From the human T2T-CHM13v2.0 reference genome, Homo sapiens, in the NCBI RefSeq assembly GCF_009914755.1, contig NC_060929.1: a stretch of DNA of 64,000 nt, one strand, 5' to 3'. The notes below the pieces were generated by a model. It saw only the letters and a list, made by a program, of their open reading frames with translations. It made no database searches and had not been told where the DNA came from. Numbering within the stretch: position 1 is the first letter of the stretch; each line of letters starts with the position of its first letter. Of this stretch, positions 1 to 14,529 are shown in pieces. The position numbers and the translations under genes are program-made.

Positions 1-242
1 GGCGCAATCTCGGCTCACTGCAACCTCTGCCTCCCAAGTTCAACCAATTCTCCTACCTCAGCCTCCTGAGTAGCTGGGATTATAGGTGCCTGCCATCATG
101 CCCTGCTAATTTTTGTATTTTTAGTAGAGATGGAGTTTCGCCATGTTGGCCAGGCTGGTCTTGAACTCCAGACCTCAAGTGATCCACCCACCTCGGCCTC
201 CCAAAGTGCTGGGATTATGGGCATGAGCCACCGCGCCTGGCC
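1..242 (-). mobile_element. AluS, cut by window edge
   Basis: Antisense Alu consensus ending ...ccaccgcgcctggcc. Confidence 0.9.
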
Positions 243-824
243 ATTTAACAGCTTAAGGTTGGGTCTCAAGTCCTATTTCTTACCTCAAGGAAATGTACGA
301 TGTTTATATTTATTTCTTTCATTTAGGCATGCTAAATTCTGTATATTGACAGCAGACTTAACTTGAATGCAGAAAGGAGAATTCAGCAGCACTCAAAATG
401 AATTTACAACGTGACAGTGTATGATTCATTCTAAAATGCTTACCATTGACTAAAAGCTTTACTCCTATGTACCTTGATAGAGCAGAGATAGTATGGTAGA
501 GTAGAAAGATCAATCATTAACCAAGGAAATCTGTTCTGTGTGCCTTGGACACTCAATACAAGGGCCTTGGAAGCCACTTACTTTGAATATCACTTTAGTC
601 AGGAAATTGAGGAGTTTTTGGAATCGATCTTTTTAAGTTTCTTTTTGGCCTTGAGATTTTATGTTTTTATGTTTCTATTTATTTCTGCCTAAGTAAATGA
701 CCCCGTTTTCTTTCTTACCACCATCCATCCCCATTACAAATTACATGCCTTTTTGTAAAAGATCTTAACCTCAGAAGGAGAGGAAATGCAATCAGCAAAC
801 TCACAAATTTTCTTTCAGTCTTAA

Positions 825-1150
<326 letters not shown>

Positions 1151-3359
1151 TTAATTTTCACTGGGAAAGATTATTGAACTGTATGCTGTGTTCATTAGCA
1201 ATCTCGCCATATCAAATTTTTGCTACCTGGGTTGAAACAGGGAATTTGCATGTCTTTCTAAAATGCATGCGTTTTTGTCTGCAGATGTCAAATAGGCAAG
1301 GCACAGCTGAATAAGACATGGAAATGTAGCTTGTTACAAGTATAGTGTGTGGAGGAATTTCTAATCTCTTTCTGTCCAATCAGCTATGCAGTAAGAGCTC
1401 AGTTTTCATCCTCTAGCCCTGAATAGAATGGGGGCATCATCAGCAATCTATTCTGGAGCATACATTTTTAAAGTGCTTTGAAGAGAAAAATTTTCATCTA
1501 CTAAGTAGTGAAGAACTCCTGATTAATAATCGCATTTCTTTTAATTTGTTTAAATTGAGATGATTAGGAGAAAACAAAGATGGGGGAAAGATTCAGGATT
1601 TTAGAGAGTTATTACATCCTGATTCGGGTGATTATCCGTACTCTCCACCTCGGACACACTGTGAGCTTTATTTACGTACATTTTGAGGCAGACAAGATTA
1701 GCTAGATCCCAGGTGTCCATTACCCTGTGACCTTTTACCAATACAGGTAAGAAATCTTAAACTCAAGCAGAAACCTGTACACAGCTGATCTCTTTAGGAG
1801 TCTATAAATCTGGGGCATGTGCTGTGAGATGTGTGCAAGCCTTGTTGGGTCACTCTCTGTTAGGAGAAGGCCCCCCAGTTAAGGCAAAGGACAACCCAAC
1901 CTATTCCCAAATTGACCTGTGTAGCAGAATCAGCTTTGGTCTTAATAATGCAAGGAATCAAAGAGCCTTTGGTGTTGAATGAAGTATGCTATACCTTAGC
2001 CAGAAGCCTCACTTCTGACCTGTGCTTGATATCCTGTGTATTGTGACTTGATTATCCATACATTTGACTTTTCAAGACTCCCTGAGGCTGGGATAATTAG
2101 AATAGCCTGGTAAAGCCATTTAAGAGTTTTTTAAATAACAATTTAGGGACTGTAGTAGGGTTCCTGTTGCCACTGTTCTCCAACAGCACCCAGCATTTGA
2201 GAATCAGTTAGTACCGATCCGATCCAGTGATATATAAGCAAAAATTCTGATTGTGGGAAAACAGAAGAGAAGGCAGTGTTGGCTGTTCAAGCCACATGTC
2301 TAGGCATAAATGGGGAGGCCATGATTTCTCACTGCTTTTGACATGAAACCACAAAGAATGTCTTTGTTAAGAATCAAAAAACATAAGAGTTGAACAAGCC
2401 AAAGGAAGAAATGATATCATGGCCTAGTTGAATCAACTAAGAAATATTTTTATGTTAAAGAAATTCTTTAACCTTATAACTAGGGCATTCACATTCTTGA
2501 GTATATTGAGTGGAAGATTCCTCTGAAAAGAAAGTTCACATCAATAGCCTTTGAAAGATTTAGGGAATATTTTGCAGTGTAAGATTCGTTATTTAAAATC
2601 TGAAATATATTTTTCCTTCCTACGACTCTTCTATGTGTTTATAGTAACATCAAGACAATGACATCCTGCAATTGCACTAGAATGTATTACAAATGCATGC
2701 CTTGTGCCAATGTATTCAACAAGGAAGCTATCTTTTTCCTCTGTCTTATTTTCATTGAGGAAACCCATGCCTATGCATTATGCATGCGAGTCTGGTGTGG
2801 TGTTTAAGTAACCTCCCATGGGACTGCCGTGAGACTGCTGTGAGTCTGGATTTGGGGGAGAGCTGTGTCTTGGCATTTTCAAATATAAGAGAAGGATGTT
2901 ACCTGATACTCAGAGAATCTTGGCTGAAGCTTGGCATCCCTCTCTGGATTAGCTTAGTGTTGTTTCATGATACTATTTTTTGTTTTAACCAGTTGTGCCA
3001 TTGTTTGCTGATGGAAATTGTTACATGCCAGCCGGCAATGCTAGGGTTTCAGATAAATAGAATATCAGCATCATTCTTCATATCAGCAAAATGATAAGTT
3101 GTGGTTTTGCCCATCATACTTAAAGCTAATTTAGGACTTAAAATCTGGAGCCATGCAAATTTATAAGAACTGCTTAATAGGAGACAGTGCATTAGTTGAT
3201 TTAGTGGTTGAATTTCCAGTGAATTTTTTTTTTTTAATTCTGTGTAGGGACCCATTTTAAGATAATCTGGAAAAGAAGAGAACCAGGGAGGAAAATACAG
3301 TGTGAGGCAGGCTGGGTGGCAAAATGGAAAGAGAGGTAGGCTTTGGGATTAAATAAAGC

Positions 3360-3838
3360 CAGTAGTTCTCATATTTTCTGTATGGCAAGAGCTCCTTTAG
3401 CAGGCTGAAAGTTCTGTGGAACCCCTCTCAGAATATTTTTAAATGCATAAAATAAGCTGGACTACAAAGAAAGCCAGTTGTATTGAAAAGTTACCAAAAT
3501 ATTTAAGAAAACACTTATGGCACAGTAGTATGTGCTTTTTTACTAACACACAAAATAACAAGTTCTAGTTGTGGGACCTAATGACTTCTATAGTTTTGAA
3601 ATGGTGATGGGCATAAATGATATTTCACAATTGGCAACAACTGTGAAGTGATATAAAAATACAGGTATTTCTGTTGGAGACAAGGTCATAGATACTGCCA
3701 ATATCTGGTGGGTGGTCCATACATTCATAATTGAAGGAAAATGCTAAATTGTAGAGGCTAATGCAAAGTAAAATGTAATTATTTTCCTGTCCCAGTCCCC
3801 AAAACAAGAGCTTGTGGATCTCAGATTAAGATCCCCTG
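3360..3838. mobile_element. hAT-Charlie non-autonomous DNA transposon (MER119-like)
   Basis: cagtagttctc...ttaagatcccctg termini; internal 'ggaacccctctcagaatatttttaaatgcataaaat' resembles recalled MER119. Confidence 0.6.
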
Positions 3839-6800
3839 GGTTAGAAGAACTTGGCTAGAATATTAACATAGCCTTTTACTGGCTGTACCACCTTAGGCAA
3901 GTTAACCTCAAAAAGTCTATTTCCTCATTTATAAAAGCGTTGATGAGACCTACTTTGTACAGTTGTGGAAAGGCATAGGAAGATCATGCCTAGCCTCACT
4001 CTTTGTGTACAAATGATGACTTGAAGCACGTTAGGTCTTCTGGCCAGATTTCTTTTGGCAGTGATAGAATAAAATGACACTTGCTACACTTGCTGAGAGG
4101 TAGGGGCAGACTTTATGCTAGGCAGGGAACTCAAAGATTACACTGAAAGCAGAAAACTCCTTTACCTTTAGATTTTCTTAAGAGTTGTCGACCCTTAAGG
4201 AGTGTCAGAAGTGGGATATAATATGGAGAAAAGAGAAAGCATTATAAAATATGTGGAAAGGAGTCTATTAGGAAATTTCCTCCTGGCCTTGTTGATCCAA
4301 AGCCTTTAGTTGCAAAGAAACAGCTTTTTGTTCATTATAAATGTTTTAACAATAACTAGAACTGGTGTTGCCATCCACCCCATTTGGGCATGAGCTTTTT
4401 TCTTCCACCGGAGACGTAGGTCCCCAGATGATTGATTGGCTGCAAAGTATGGACATGTCTTGATTGTTTCTAGAAGGGGCGGGACCACTGCCTTCTTGGA
4501 TTGTAACTACTACACCTGCAGAGCCCCAAAAGGTCTGGCTACTCTATTAGATTAAGGTTTAACATGTGATAATAGTCTAGTTTTATTACTTAAGGGGAAA
4601 CTCAAAAGTGTGGATACCTTGATTTTGTCTGGATATTTTATTAAGCACATGTACCTATAGGCCATAAGGATGTGTTCTTTTTCTGGCTGGCCACTGAGTG
4701 TGTCTGTGCATGATGCTGGGCAGCTCTTCCTTTCTCCCTGACAGCTTTTAAAGGCAGGATACTGAGTGTTTGATCCATCATCTCAGTGAGGGTGTGAAAT
4801 CAGTGAGGCAATGGAGCTTCAGGGTTTCCTTGTCCCTTGGGTCATGGCTAACACCCCATTTAATGTCTCCTTTTCATCAAAACCAGATTTGTCGTCTCAC
4901 TTATTTCCCAGTGTCTGGCCAAGATAGTGATCTTTATGAAAACAAACTGGAAGTAATGCAAGCCAGAAAAGATGGGAGAGCTTCGCCTCTGCAGAAGGAA
5001 GCTGTTAAGGGGAACAGATGGAGACAGGGTCTAAACAGCTTCAAGAAAGTGTGCACTTGCTAGTCTCAGAGGTGCTCCCTGTCCCCCAAGAGCTGTTTGA
5101 ATCAGGAGCTGCTTAAGGACCTGAATGACTTCTCCAACTCTGCCAGGGATCCTTCATTAGCCCTGCACTTCTGAGATCACTCAGTGCCCCCCATAGACCT
5201 CTCCTGCTCTTCTGAATGCAGAAGCAGGAGTGGGATATAAAGTGAAAATATAGTAAATTCTAACCTAGTGTGGCTTGAAAAAGAAGTTGCAATTTATAGA
5301 GAATTGCCAAATATACTGTGATGGATCACTAATTTTCAACATATAATAATTTATTAAAACACTAAGGATGACGTCTATAATTGTCGTATTAATCTCTGAA
5401 GGTATCAGGACTTTACAAGGTTCCTGTGCCTTGGCCATCATTGTGATCATTTATAGTGACTAATCAATTTGACAACTATGTGGCATATGAATGGTAAGCA
5501 TTCTTGGCAAGCAAAGGGAAGAAATGTCTTATCTGCATTTACCAGATCTCATGTCTTGGCTGTTTGCAGTTATTTACCCCTTTCTTCCATTAATCTAAAC
5601 TTCCAAGACCCTAAGCTCACATTGTATCCTGTATTAACTTGCTAACTAACCTCCTGTTTTTGTGGTTTTCTTTCTCTGATCTAATCAGTCCAATCAGAAG
5701 AAAGATTACACTTACAGATGCACATGCTGATGTCATGACATCATCCTCTTATTTAAGGATCTCCCTTTGCTTCCCTATCAAGTCTCAACTTCTCTGGCCA
5801 TCTAGACCTCAGGTGAGGTCCTTTTATCTTAGCGACCTTGTTCTTTGATTCACTGACATGGATCTTGGGCGCCATTAAGATGGTTTATTTGTTGTCAGAC
5901 ACCCTTTGTTCTTTTCTGTCCTTTCACTGTGGAATTTTTCTCTTGGCCAAATTCTATCCATTCTTGGCCCACACTGCCTTCCTAGCATTCTTGTATCCCT
6001 CTCTCACTGTCTCGCCTGCACAATTTGGTATATTTGGTTTACTATTGGTCTTCTGTTATTTCACATATTACTTGTTTTTCCAGCAAGTCAGAGTTCCTTA
6101 ATAGAAAGTATTCTGCTCTATTTTATATATTATAATTCTTAGCAAAGCACCAGCACACAGTAAGTGTTCAATAAATATTTAGAGGAAGCAGGTAAAAGGT
6201 GTCATGAGTTAGATATTTCAAATAGGAGGAGATGGACCCTTGATGGGGTCAACCAGCATCAAGTGTGCCTCTTTTACAAAACCAGGAACCCAATCTTCTC
6301 CTTTTTTCAAAGTTGATCCAGGCTTATGGAATTCAGTTCATAAAAACCAAGCTCAAGGGAGTGAATGCCAATTCAATAACAATGAAAAGTCTAACCTCTA
6401 GGTAACAGAAATATCTGTGTCAGCCATTCATTGCATCCTTTTTCTTGTAGCAAGGCTTCCAGCAGGCGACTCTAGGGTCATTCGTGGCCAATATGATTCA
6501 TTTGCACCAGCTCTGAAGCCTAGTGCATGCCATTTAGACTCTAGGGACACCTTGCAAAGTTCTTGCTTTTTACTTTCACCCCTTCCTCATAGATGACTCT
6601 TTGCTTTTTAAAGGAATTGAAGGGCTATTCTATAGACAGGAGTAAAGCCTGTTCAGAGATGTTCTAAACACCAGATTTTGTTTGCTTGAGAAGCAAAGAG
6701 AAGATAATTTAGACAAGGGCAAAAGCACCATGAGAAGACTTTGAAACAGTTTTACCCAAGTTGTAACTGGAGAAGAAGACTTGATGAGTCTTGTGAATTA

Positions 6801-7107
6801 GGCAGATAGCATTCATGAGCTGGAGAGAATGGGAAATGCAGAGTGCAAGGGAGATTAGTTTTGAGGGAGCAGGTGGCAGTGTTGAGTGATGCTGAGGGGA
6901 GATCAGAATGTTGAAAGAGAAGTATGACTGATATCTGGTTAGTTTCTTTGTTTTGTCTTTCTTGAGCTGCTTTCACCAATGATGTACATATGAAAAAGGG
7001 ATGTTATGAATAAGTTACCTTCAAACTAAATTAACTGAGTGGTTTTTACATGGAGCTTCAGGATATCCAGAAGCATATGTCTAGGAATAAAAATGGTTAT
7101 TTTTGAG

Positions 7108-7524
<417 letters not shown>

Positions 7525-7800
7525 TTAACACAGATTAGTATTTTTGCAATCTTAGAATTATGTATTTATCAGGGGCTTCTTTTTCCTGTGGACAGTGTCA
7601 AGGGGTGTTTTGAAGTGACTTGAGCCCAGGAAGTCTGTTTGGATAAACACTGATGGACTGATGTAGAACAGTTTATCATCTCTGAGCAACTGGTAATCAC
7701 TCAAACACATGTAAGAAGCTCAGTGGTTGCTTTTTGCAACTATCAATCATGATGGTTGTGTAATGCAAATAGGAGTAAAGAAGGTTTGATTAGTCTGTAA

Positions 7801-8052
7801 CAGCAGCTGGCACATTTTTTTTGTAAGGGGCTGGATGGTTTTGTGGGCTGTGTGGACTCTGTCCTTATAGTTTGAAAGCAGCCATAGGCCATAAACAAAT
7901 GTGTGCAGCAGAGTTTGAATAAAACTTTATAGAAAATGAAGTTTGATTTTCATGTAAACTAATGTGTTATGCTATTCTTTTTTAAAAACTTTCCAGCCAT
8001 TAAAAAATCTAAAAAATATCCTTGACCCACAGGCTGTATGTGCCAATCCCTG
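7801..8052. mobile_element. MER58-like hAT MITE
   Basis: cag...ggca / tgccaatccctg termini; 'gaaagcagccatag' and 'aataaaactttat' motifs. Confidence 0.6.
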
Positions 8053-8763
8053 GTACATAACATAGAATAGGATGAGTTTCGGGAAGAAACAGTACAAAAT
8101 ACAGGCTGCTATATGTTTGCAATAGTGTGAAAAGAAAGTTTACCCAGCGTTTTCTTGGCAACTGAGACTTCTTGTACCATTCATTTTCAAAAGTCATTTC
8201 AAAACCAGGAATTTTTTCCTAATTTCTCCAAACTGATTATATCAGCTTTCTAAAATATTTGGTGTGTAATCAAAGTACAGTTTTGTTGCTGGATTTCAAA
8301 GGCTGCAGTTTAGTACTAGGTTTCTCCTGTTTCAAAAGAAATTGTGTTATGTACATAAATATGTACGTGCACATGCACACACAGGAGGGCTCTTTAACAA
8401 TTTGAAGTTCTTCTAATTTCCTTTTTGTTCACTACTAAGTGATTCTTTATTCTCCATGTGTCAGTTTATTTCCAGATGTACATCTTAGTTTTCTTCTGGT
8501 AAAGTCCTGTTTCTTCCTGTCCTTGCTGATAGAGGAAACCACATAAAGCATTTCTTAAAATTAAGAAAACAATGTCACTTCAGCTGTGAATCCTGTAAAC
8601 TTTAAGAATCCATTCAGAATGCACTTGAATGGGAACATTTTGTAAAGAAAGCTGAAAAATGGCAGTCAGATTTTTACAGAACAGCCCAAAGGGGTGTTTT
8701 GTGTGCTAATGATTAGAACTTTTGCAGATTCTTGCTTAGTAATTAGGACTGACAGATGGGCTC

Positions 8764-9382
8764 TGTATTAGTCCATTTTGTGCTGCTATAACAAAACACC
8801 CAAGACTAGGTAATTTGTAAGGAACAGAAATTTATTTCTTTCAGTTCTGGAGGCTGGGAGTTTCAAATCAAAGTACCAGGAGGTTAGGGCCCAGTCTCTC
8901 TGCTTCCAAGATGGTGCCTTAAATGCTGCATCCTCTGGAGGAGAACACCATGTCCTCGGGTGGCAGAGGGGCAGAAGAGAGAGAACCTACTCCTGCAAGC
9001 TTGCCTTTTTAATTTTTTAATTTTAATGTTTTTAGAGACAGGGTCTCTGCTCTGTTGCCCATGTTGGAGTGCAATGACATGATCATAGCTCACTGTAACT
9101 TCAAACCCCTAGGCTCAAGCAATCCACGTGAGTAGCTAGGACTACAAGTGTGTGCCACCATGCCCAGATAATTTTTATTTATTTATTTATTTATTTTGAG
9201 GGACAGGGTTTTGCTATGTTGTCCAGGCTAGCTCAAGCTCTTTTGATAGCAGCATTAATCTACTCATGAGGGTTGTACCGTTATGACGTCAATACCTCCC
9301 ATTAGGCTGCACCTCCCAACACTGCTGCATTGGGGATTAAGTTTCCAACATGCAAATTTGGAGGACATATTCAGACTATAGA
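8764..9382 (-). mobile_element. MaLR LTR (MLT1A/MST-like) interrupted by a truncated AluJ at about 9005-9232
   Basis: tgtattagtcc...gctgctataacaaaa...cagttctggaggctggga motif; LTR resumes after the Alu. Confidence 0.75.
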
Positions 9383-9543
9383 AGGCTCTGTTCCTCGGAA
9401 CACTGTCTTTTTAAAAAGAAGTGCATTTAATTATTCAAAGAATACATGATTATATTTTTGTCTTTTAAAATAATATGGATAAATTGAATTTCTCATTTGA
9501 CCCTGTCTCCTCCACTCAATACTTCTTCCCTTCCCAGAGATAA

Positions 9544-9882
9544 TGTCTTAGTCTATCCAGGCTGCTATAACAAAATGTCATAAACTGGGTGGCTTAGAAA
9601 CCACAGAAATTTATTTCTCACAATTCAGGAGACTGGGAAGTCCAAGATCAAGACATTGGTAGATTCGGTATCTGGTGAGGGTCTACTTCCTCATAGATGG
9701 CTGTCTGCTCACGTAATCTCACCTGGTGGACAGAGCCAGGGATCTCTCTAGTGCCATTCATGAGGGCTCCACCCTCATGGCCTAATGGCCTCCCACAGGC
9801 CATATCTCCTAATACTGTCATATTCTGGGTTAAGATTTTAGCATAGGAGTTTGAGGGGGACATAAGCATTCAGTTCATTGCG
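9544..9882 (-). mobile_element. MLT1A-type MaLR solo LTR
   Basis: tgtcttagtc...gctgctataacaaaat...gaagtccaagatcaag...ggggggacataagcattcagttcattgc. Confidence 0.75.
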
Positions 9883-9975
9883 GGCAACCATTGCTATCAA
9901 TGTTTTGTAATCATTTTCTGTGTGTTTATGTAAATAAATGTTCATGAAGTATGTTTCCTAATAGAAACCATATGA

Positions 9976-10112
9976 GACCAGGCATGCTGGCGCATGTCTA
10001 TAGTCCCAGATACTCAAGAGGCTGAATTGCGAGCATTGCTTGAGGCTAGGAGTTTGAGTCCAGTCTGGGTAACATAACAAGACCTTATCATTATAAGATG
10101 AAAAAGAAAAAA
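9976..10112 (+). mobile_element. Alu monomer (FLAM-like)
   Basis: Single diverged arm with A tail; CCATATG on both flanks. Confidence 0.7.
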
Positions 10113-11280
10113 AACCCATATGGATGTTATATCCTACAGATTATAATGAAAATTGCTTTTTTTTCCTACTTGATCCATGTTGGAGAACACAGGTCAGCAT
10201 TTTTCTTTTGCCATGCTTTCCTGAGGATTGGGTGGGTGGGGGGGTAGAAGGTGATAGAAAACCCTTTGCATATGATATGGTGGTAAGACAGCCTCCTATC
10301 CTGTAGGCGTGGTCAAGGTTTAAAGCTGACTATCTCATGGGGTGCTCATGAGGGTTCTTCAAAGACTCTGTCATCTGTGTCAGTTTCTGGGAGTCTAGGG
10401 GTCCACCACCAGTCCTGCCACTGTGATCATGTTGCCCTTTCAGACAGCCCTAGAGGACTGGACCTGAAACAAGCCCTGGACTGGCTCGTTCTTGTCGGAG
10501 GACCACTCCGTGCCCTTGGAAACATCAGGCACTCTTTGCCCCCACACCCACAGCCTCTGAGAGGATGGCCCAGACCCACTGCAGCAGCAATTTCCCTTCA
10601 CTCCCATGCCACCAGGGCAGCTAGCCACACTGCCTCTCATGTTCCAGGTCCCCAGAGAAGGGGTGCCAGCACCTCTCTGTGTCTCTTTAATGGTGGAGCA
10701 CTCAAATCAAGCCCCCAACTGGCCTCACTGAAATCCGGCTTGTGAAGTAAGAAGCTGATATTCCTACTCTTTCCCCAATGGGAAGAGGGTGCTGAATGGG
10801 GATCTCAGTGCAGCTCTTTCCAAAGAAATCCTCCCTCACATCTTGCTCTTGACCCTCCCTGTGGGAGAGGAGCTTAAGCCTAGTTCTTAGTTATCTCCTT
10901 TTTGAAGGGCAGATGGGTGTTTTTTTTTTAACTCACTTTGGTATCTGATATTGCTAGCATCTTGTGTTAGAGCCAAAACTTGCAGTGTAGCATCCTCATC
11001 ATGTGTATACTAGAAACTTACTTGTGGAATTGTTGGATGATAGAGGGATGGTGCAGTAGAATGTTAAATTACTCACCGACGGGGTCTCAGGTACATGCCA
11101 CACGCTTGCCAACACTTTACAAAATTGATCTTTAAATGTTTTTACCAGGCTTTTGAAGGAAAAAGACACATATATCTCACCATTTTACTTTTCTTTACTA
11201 GGCAGTTCTTTATATATTTATTGAGCATTTTAATTTTTCTTTCCATGAATTTCCTGTTAAAGTCCTTTGCCCTATTATTT

Positions 11281-11587
11281 ATATATATATATTTTTTTAT
11301 TTTTTTCTTGAGATGGAGTCTCGCTCTGTCGCCCAGGCTTGAGTGCAGTGGCACGATCTTGGCTCACTGCAAGCTCTGCCCCCTGGGTTCATGCCATTCT
11401 CCTGCCTCAGCCTCCCGAGTAGCTGGGACTACAGGCACCCACCACACCTGGCTAATTTTTTGTATTTTTTAGTAGAGACGGGGTTTCACCGTGTTAGCCA
11501 GGATGGTCTCAATCTCCTGACCTCATGATCCGCCTGCTTCGGCCTCCCAAAGTGCTGGGATTATAGGCGTGAGCCACCGCGCCTGGC
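11281..11587 (-). mobile_element. AluY inside an old antisense L1M fragment (about 11200-11950)
   Basis: Y diagnostics (caagctc, gccattctc, ttagccaggatggtctc); TSD TTGCCCTATTATTT. Confidence 0.9.
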
Positions 11588-13191
11588 TTGCCCTATTATT
11601 TTAAAAATTGTCTCTATTTATTGATTTGTAATTCTTTATATATTCTGAATACGAACCCTTTGTTACATAGCAAATATTTTCTCCCAGCTTGGCCTTGTCT
11701 TTTAACTTTGGGAAATTGGACTACATCAAAGGCACGATGAATAATGACTTTGTGTTGTGTCTGGCTTAAAAAGGCCATCCTTCTCCAGGGTTATAAACAC
11801 CTTCTCCTATATATTCTTCTCATGCTGTAATAGTTGACATTTTACAGTGTTTTGAGGGTTAATCCATCAGGGATATTTTCATGAATAGTAGAACTCTAAC
11901 TTAATTTTTTCCCACATGGAGAGCTAGTTATTTCAACACTGTTTGTGGAAAGCCAGTAGCATGGTGTGTGGCCACTAGAATAAGGGTAGTCAAAGGGCTA
12001 AAGTGGCTGGAGTGGGGAGAATGACAGATAATTGCTAAACATCCTACTGATCAAGGTTAGATGACTTCTCAGTCTAGAAGATACATACCCTTCTGAGAAA
12101 GCCCCCTGTAGGAGTGAACACCCAACATCCTTTGACCGGTTTTACTATCAGAACATTTACATACAGGCAGAACTAAAATCTGTGATTATCTGGATGAGAA
12201 AACAGTTGTAGGCAACTTACTCATTTTTCTGAACAAGAAAAGGTTCTACATAATTACGTTCTCTATGAATCTTTTATCAGATTTAATAGTTAAGTCTCTT
12301 CAAAGAACATGAGATATTCTTTTTTTAAAGTGAGCCTATGATTTATTTATCCTCATTAATACTTGTTTTCCCCAACCCTTCCAAGCTGTTTGGGAATGTT
12401 GTGTGTCAGGGATCAGTGAAGGTCATGAAGATGCCTTTAAGGCCTGATTAACCTGATTTGAAAAACTTTAAAACTGACCTTCTCTACATCTCCCCATTAT
12501 TGTCCTACGTTTCACAGTCAGATCAAGGCTTATTATCCTTTCCACTGGGGAAGTAGCCCAAATCATAGTGTGAGTGAAAAACATTTACTAAGAAGTGTGA
12601 GTCTTTTAAACCCTCTTGTGTTTCTTTTAAGAAATTAAAACCAATAATGACTATCAGTTGAATTTGGTTGTTCCACCTTTATTTTATCAAAATCCTTGGA
12701 CATACATTAAAGTATTTGTCCCTTGGGCAGGTGCCAAGGCTATGAAGTTGGAGCGTGGCATGTTCTAGAAGCAGAAAGAAGGCTGGTGAGGTAGGGACAC
12801 AGCAGGTAGGGAGTAGAGTGAGGCCAAGCCCCAGGTCAGGGCTGGACCTCAGGGCCTAGGTCCAGGTGAAAGCACTGGGCATGATGCTGAGGGCAGTAGA
12901 TGCTGTGGGAGGATTTTAAGCAGGGTGACAAGATCAGGCTTGTACTAGATGAGAACGTTGGCTGTGTAAAGATAGATTGACAGTAAGCAAGAGTGAATCC
13001 AGAAAAAAATAATCTAGAAACCTGTTGCAGTGATACAGGTGAGGGATACTTTGCCTTTATTGGATTTGAAAGTATAAAAAAAAAATGAACATCTGTTGTT
13101 TAGAGTAAAAGCCCTGTAAGGTATGGTATAAAATGAAACATTTTCAAAAATGCCCATGTCACAAAAAAATTTTTTTTAAATCAGCTCTGTG

Positions 13192-13343
13192 CAGGACCAG
13201 CTACCTAATTTGCAGGGCCCTCACTGCCAAATGAAACCGTGGGACCTCTTGTGCAAAAATAAAATAATTTCAAGATGGCAACAGCAGAGCATTCAACGAA
13301 CATGGGACCCTGTGTGATTGCTATGCGGCACGCCCTGGGTCTG
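13192..13343 (-). mobile_element. MER45A-like hAT MITE
   Basis: caggaccagctacctaatttgcagggccc...ttcaagatggcaacagcagagcatt matches reverse complement of recalled MER45A. Confidence 0.6.
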
Positions 13344-13474
13344 TGTGACAAAATGGCTTGAGTCAGTCCCTGAGAAGCTTCTCCTTGCCTGTTCCATAAA
13401 AAGGCTGATGATGACTCCTGTGGTCTAGGCAGAGAGGTAAAGATAAGCTAAGCTTGTGTAGCTACTACTGTTAT

Positions 13475-13547
13475 TTTGTTTGTTTGTTTGTTTAGACTGC
13501 TTCTTGCAGAGCAGGGCTACCCTACCGGCAGTGCGCCCAGAGTAACC
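13475..13547 (-). mobile_element. Tiny retroposed element: about 54-nt two-hairpin body plus (AAAC)n tail
   Basis: Minus strand GGTTACTCTGGGCGCACTGCCGGTAGGGTAGCCCTGCTCTGCAAGAAGCAGTCT(AAAC)n; TSD CTGTT(A/C)TTT followed by AA (L1 endonuclease-like site). Confidence 0.65.
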
Positions 13548-13817
13548 TGTTCTTTAACTCAAAGGCTTTGTTAACCTTAATACAATGTAAATTACAGAGA
13601 ATGTCGGAAACAAAACTGGCAGCAGGTATTTATGACTAGAGGAGGTGAGTAGGGATGGTGATGGGAATTAAGAGAATTGTTTTTTGTTCTTATTGGCTGT
13701 GGTTGATGAAAACATAAACTAGGAGAAGGAAATAACATTAACATTAAATTTGTTCCTTAGAACTATTTATTTCTCCTAGCACGTACCCATTTACCTGGCT
13801 TTCCAGGAGCATATTCT

Positions 13818-14137
<320 letters not shown>

Positions 14138-14228
14138 TAAACAGTTTGGAGGGAAAATGGTTTGGGCAAAAGACTTCCTGTTAAATTGTGTGCTGCTTTC
14201 TTTTTCTTTTTTAAAGAACTGGTAATAC

Positions 14229-14529
14229 AGCCGGGCACGGTGGCTCACGCCTGTAATCCCAGCACTTTGGGAGGCCAAGGTGGGTGGATCACCTGAGGTC
14301 AGGAGTTCAAGACCAGCCTGACCAACATGGCAAAACCCCATCTCTACTAAAAATACAAAATTAGCCAGGTGTGGTGGTGCACGCCTGTAATCCCAGCTAC
14401 TCTGGAGGCTGAGGCAGGGAGAATCACCTGAACCCAGAAGGTGAAGGTTGTAGTGAGCCAAGATTGTGCCATTGCACTCCAGCTTGGGCAACAAGAGTGA
14501 AACTCCGTCTCCAAAAAAAAAAAAAAAAA
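14229..14529 (+). mobile_element. AluSp/Sq-like
   Basis: Full dimer, gaccaacatgg and aacaagagtgaaactcc diagnostics, poly(A). Confidence 0.92.

Noticed and set aside
1740-1752. Strong donor-like CAG|GTAAGA
   Set aside because: No convincing paired acceptor or coding frame; such motifs are common in long introns.
4430-4490. CCAAT, GGACATGTCT half-site and GC box close together
   Set aside because: Short motifs with no CpG island or other promoter evidence; likely chance or LTR remnant.
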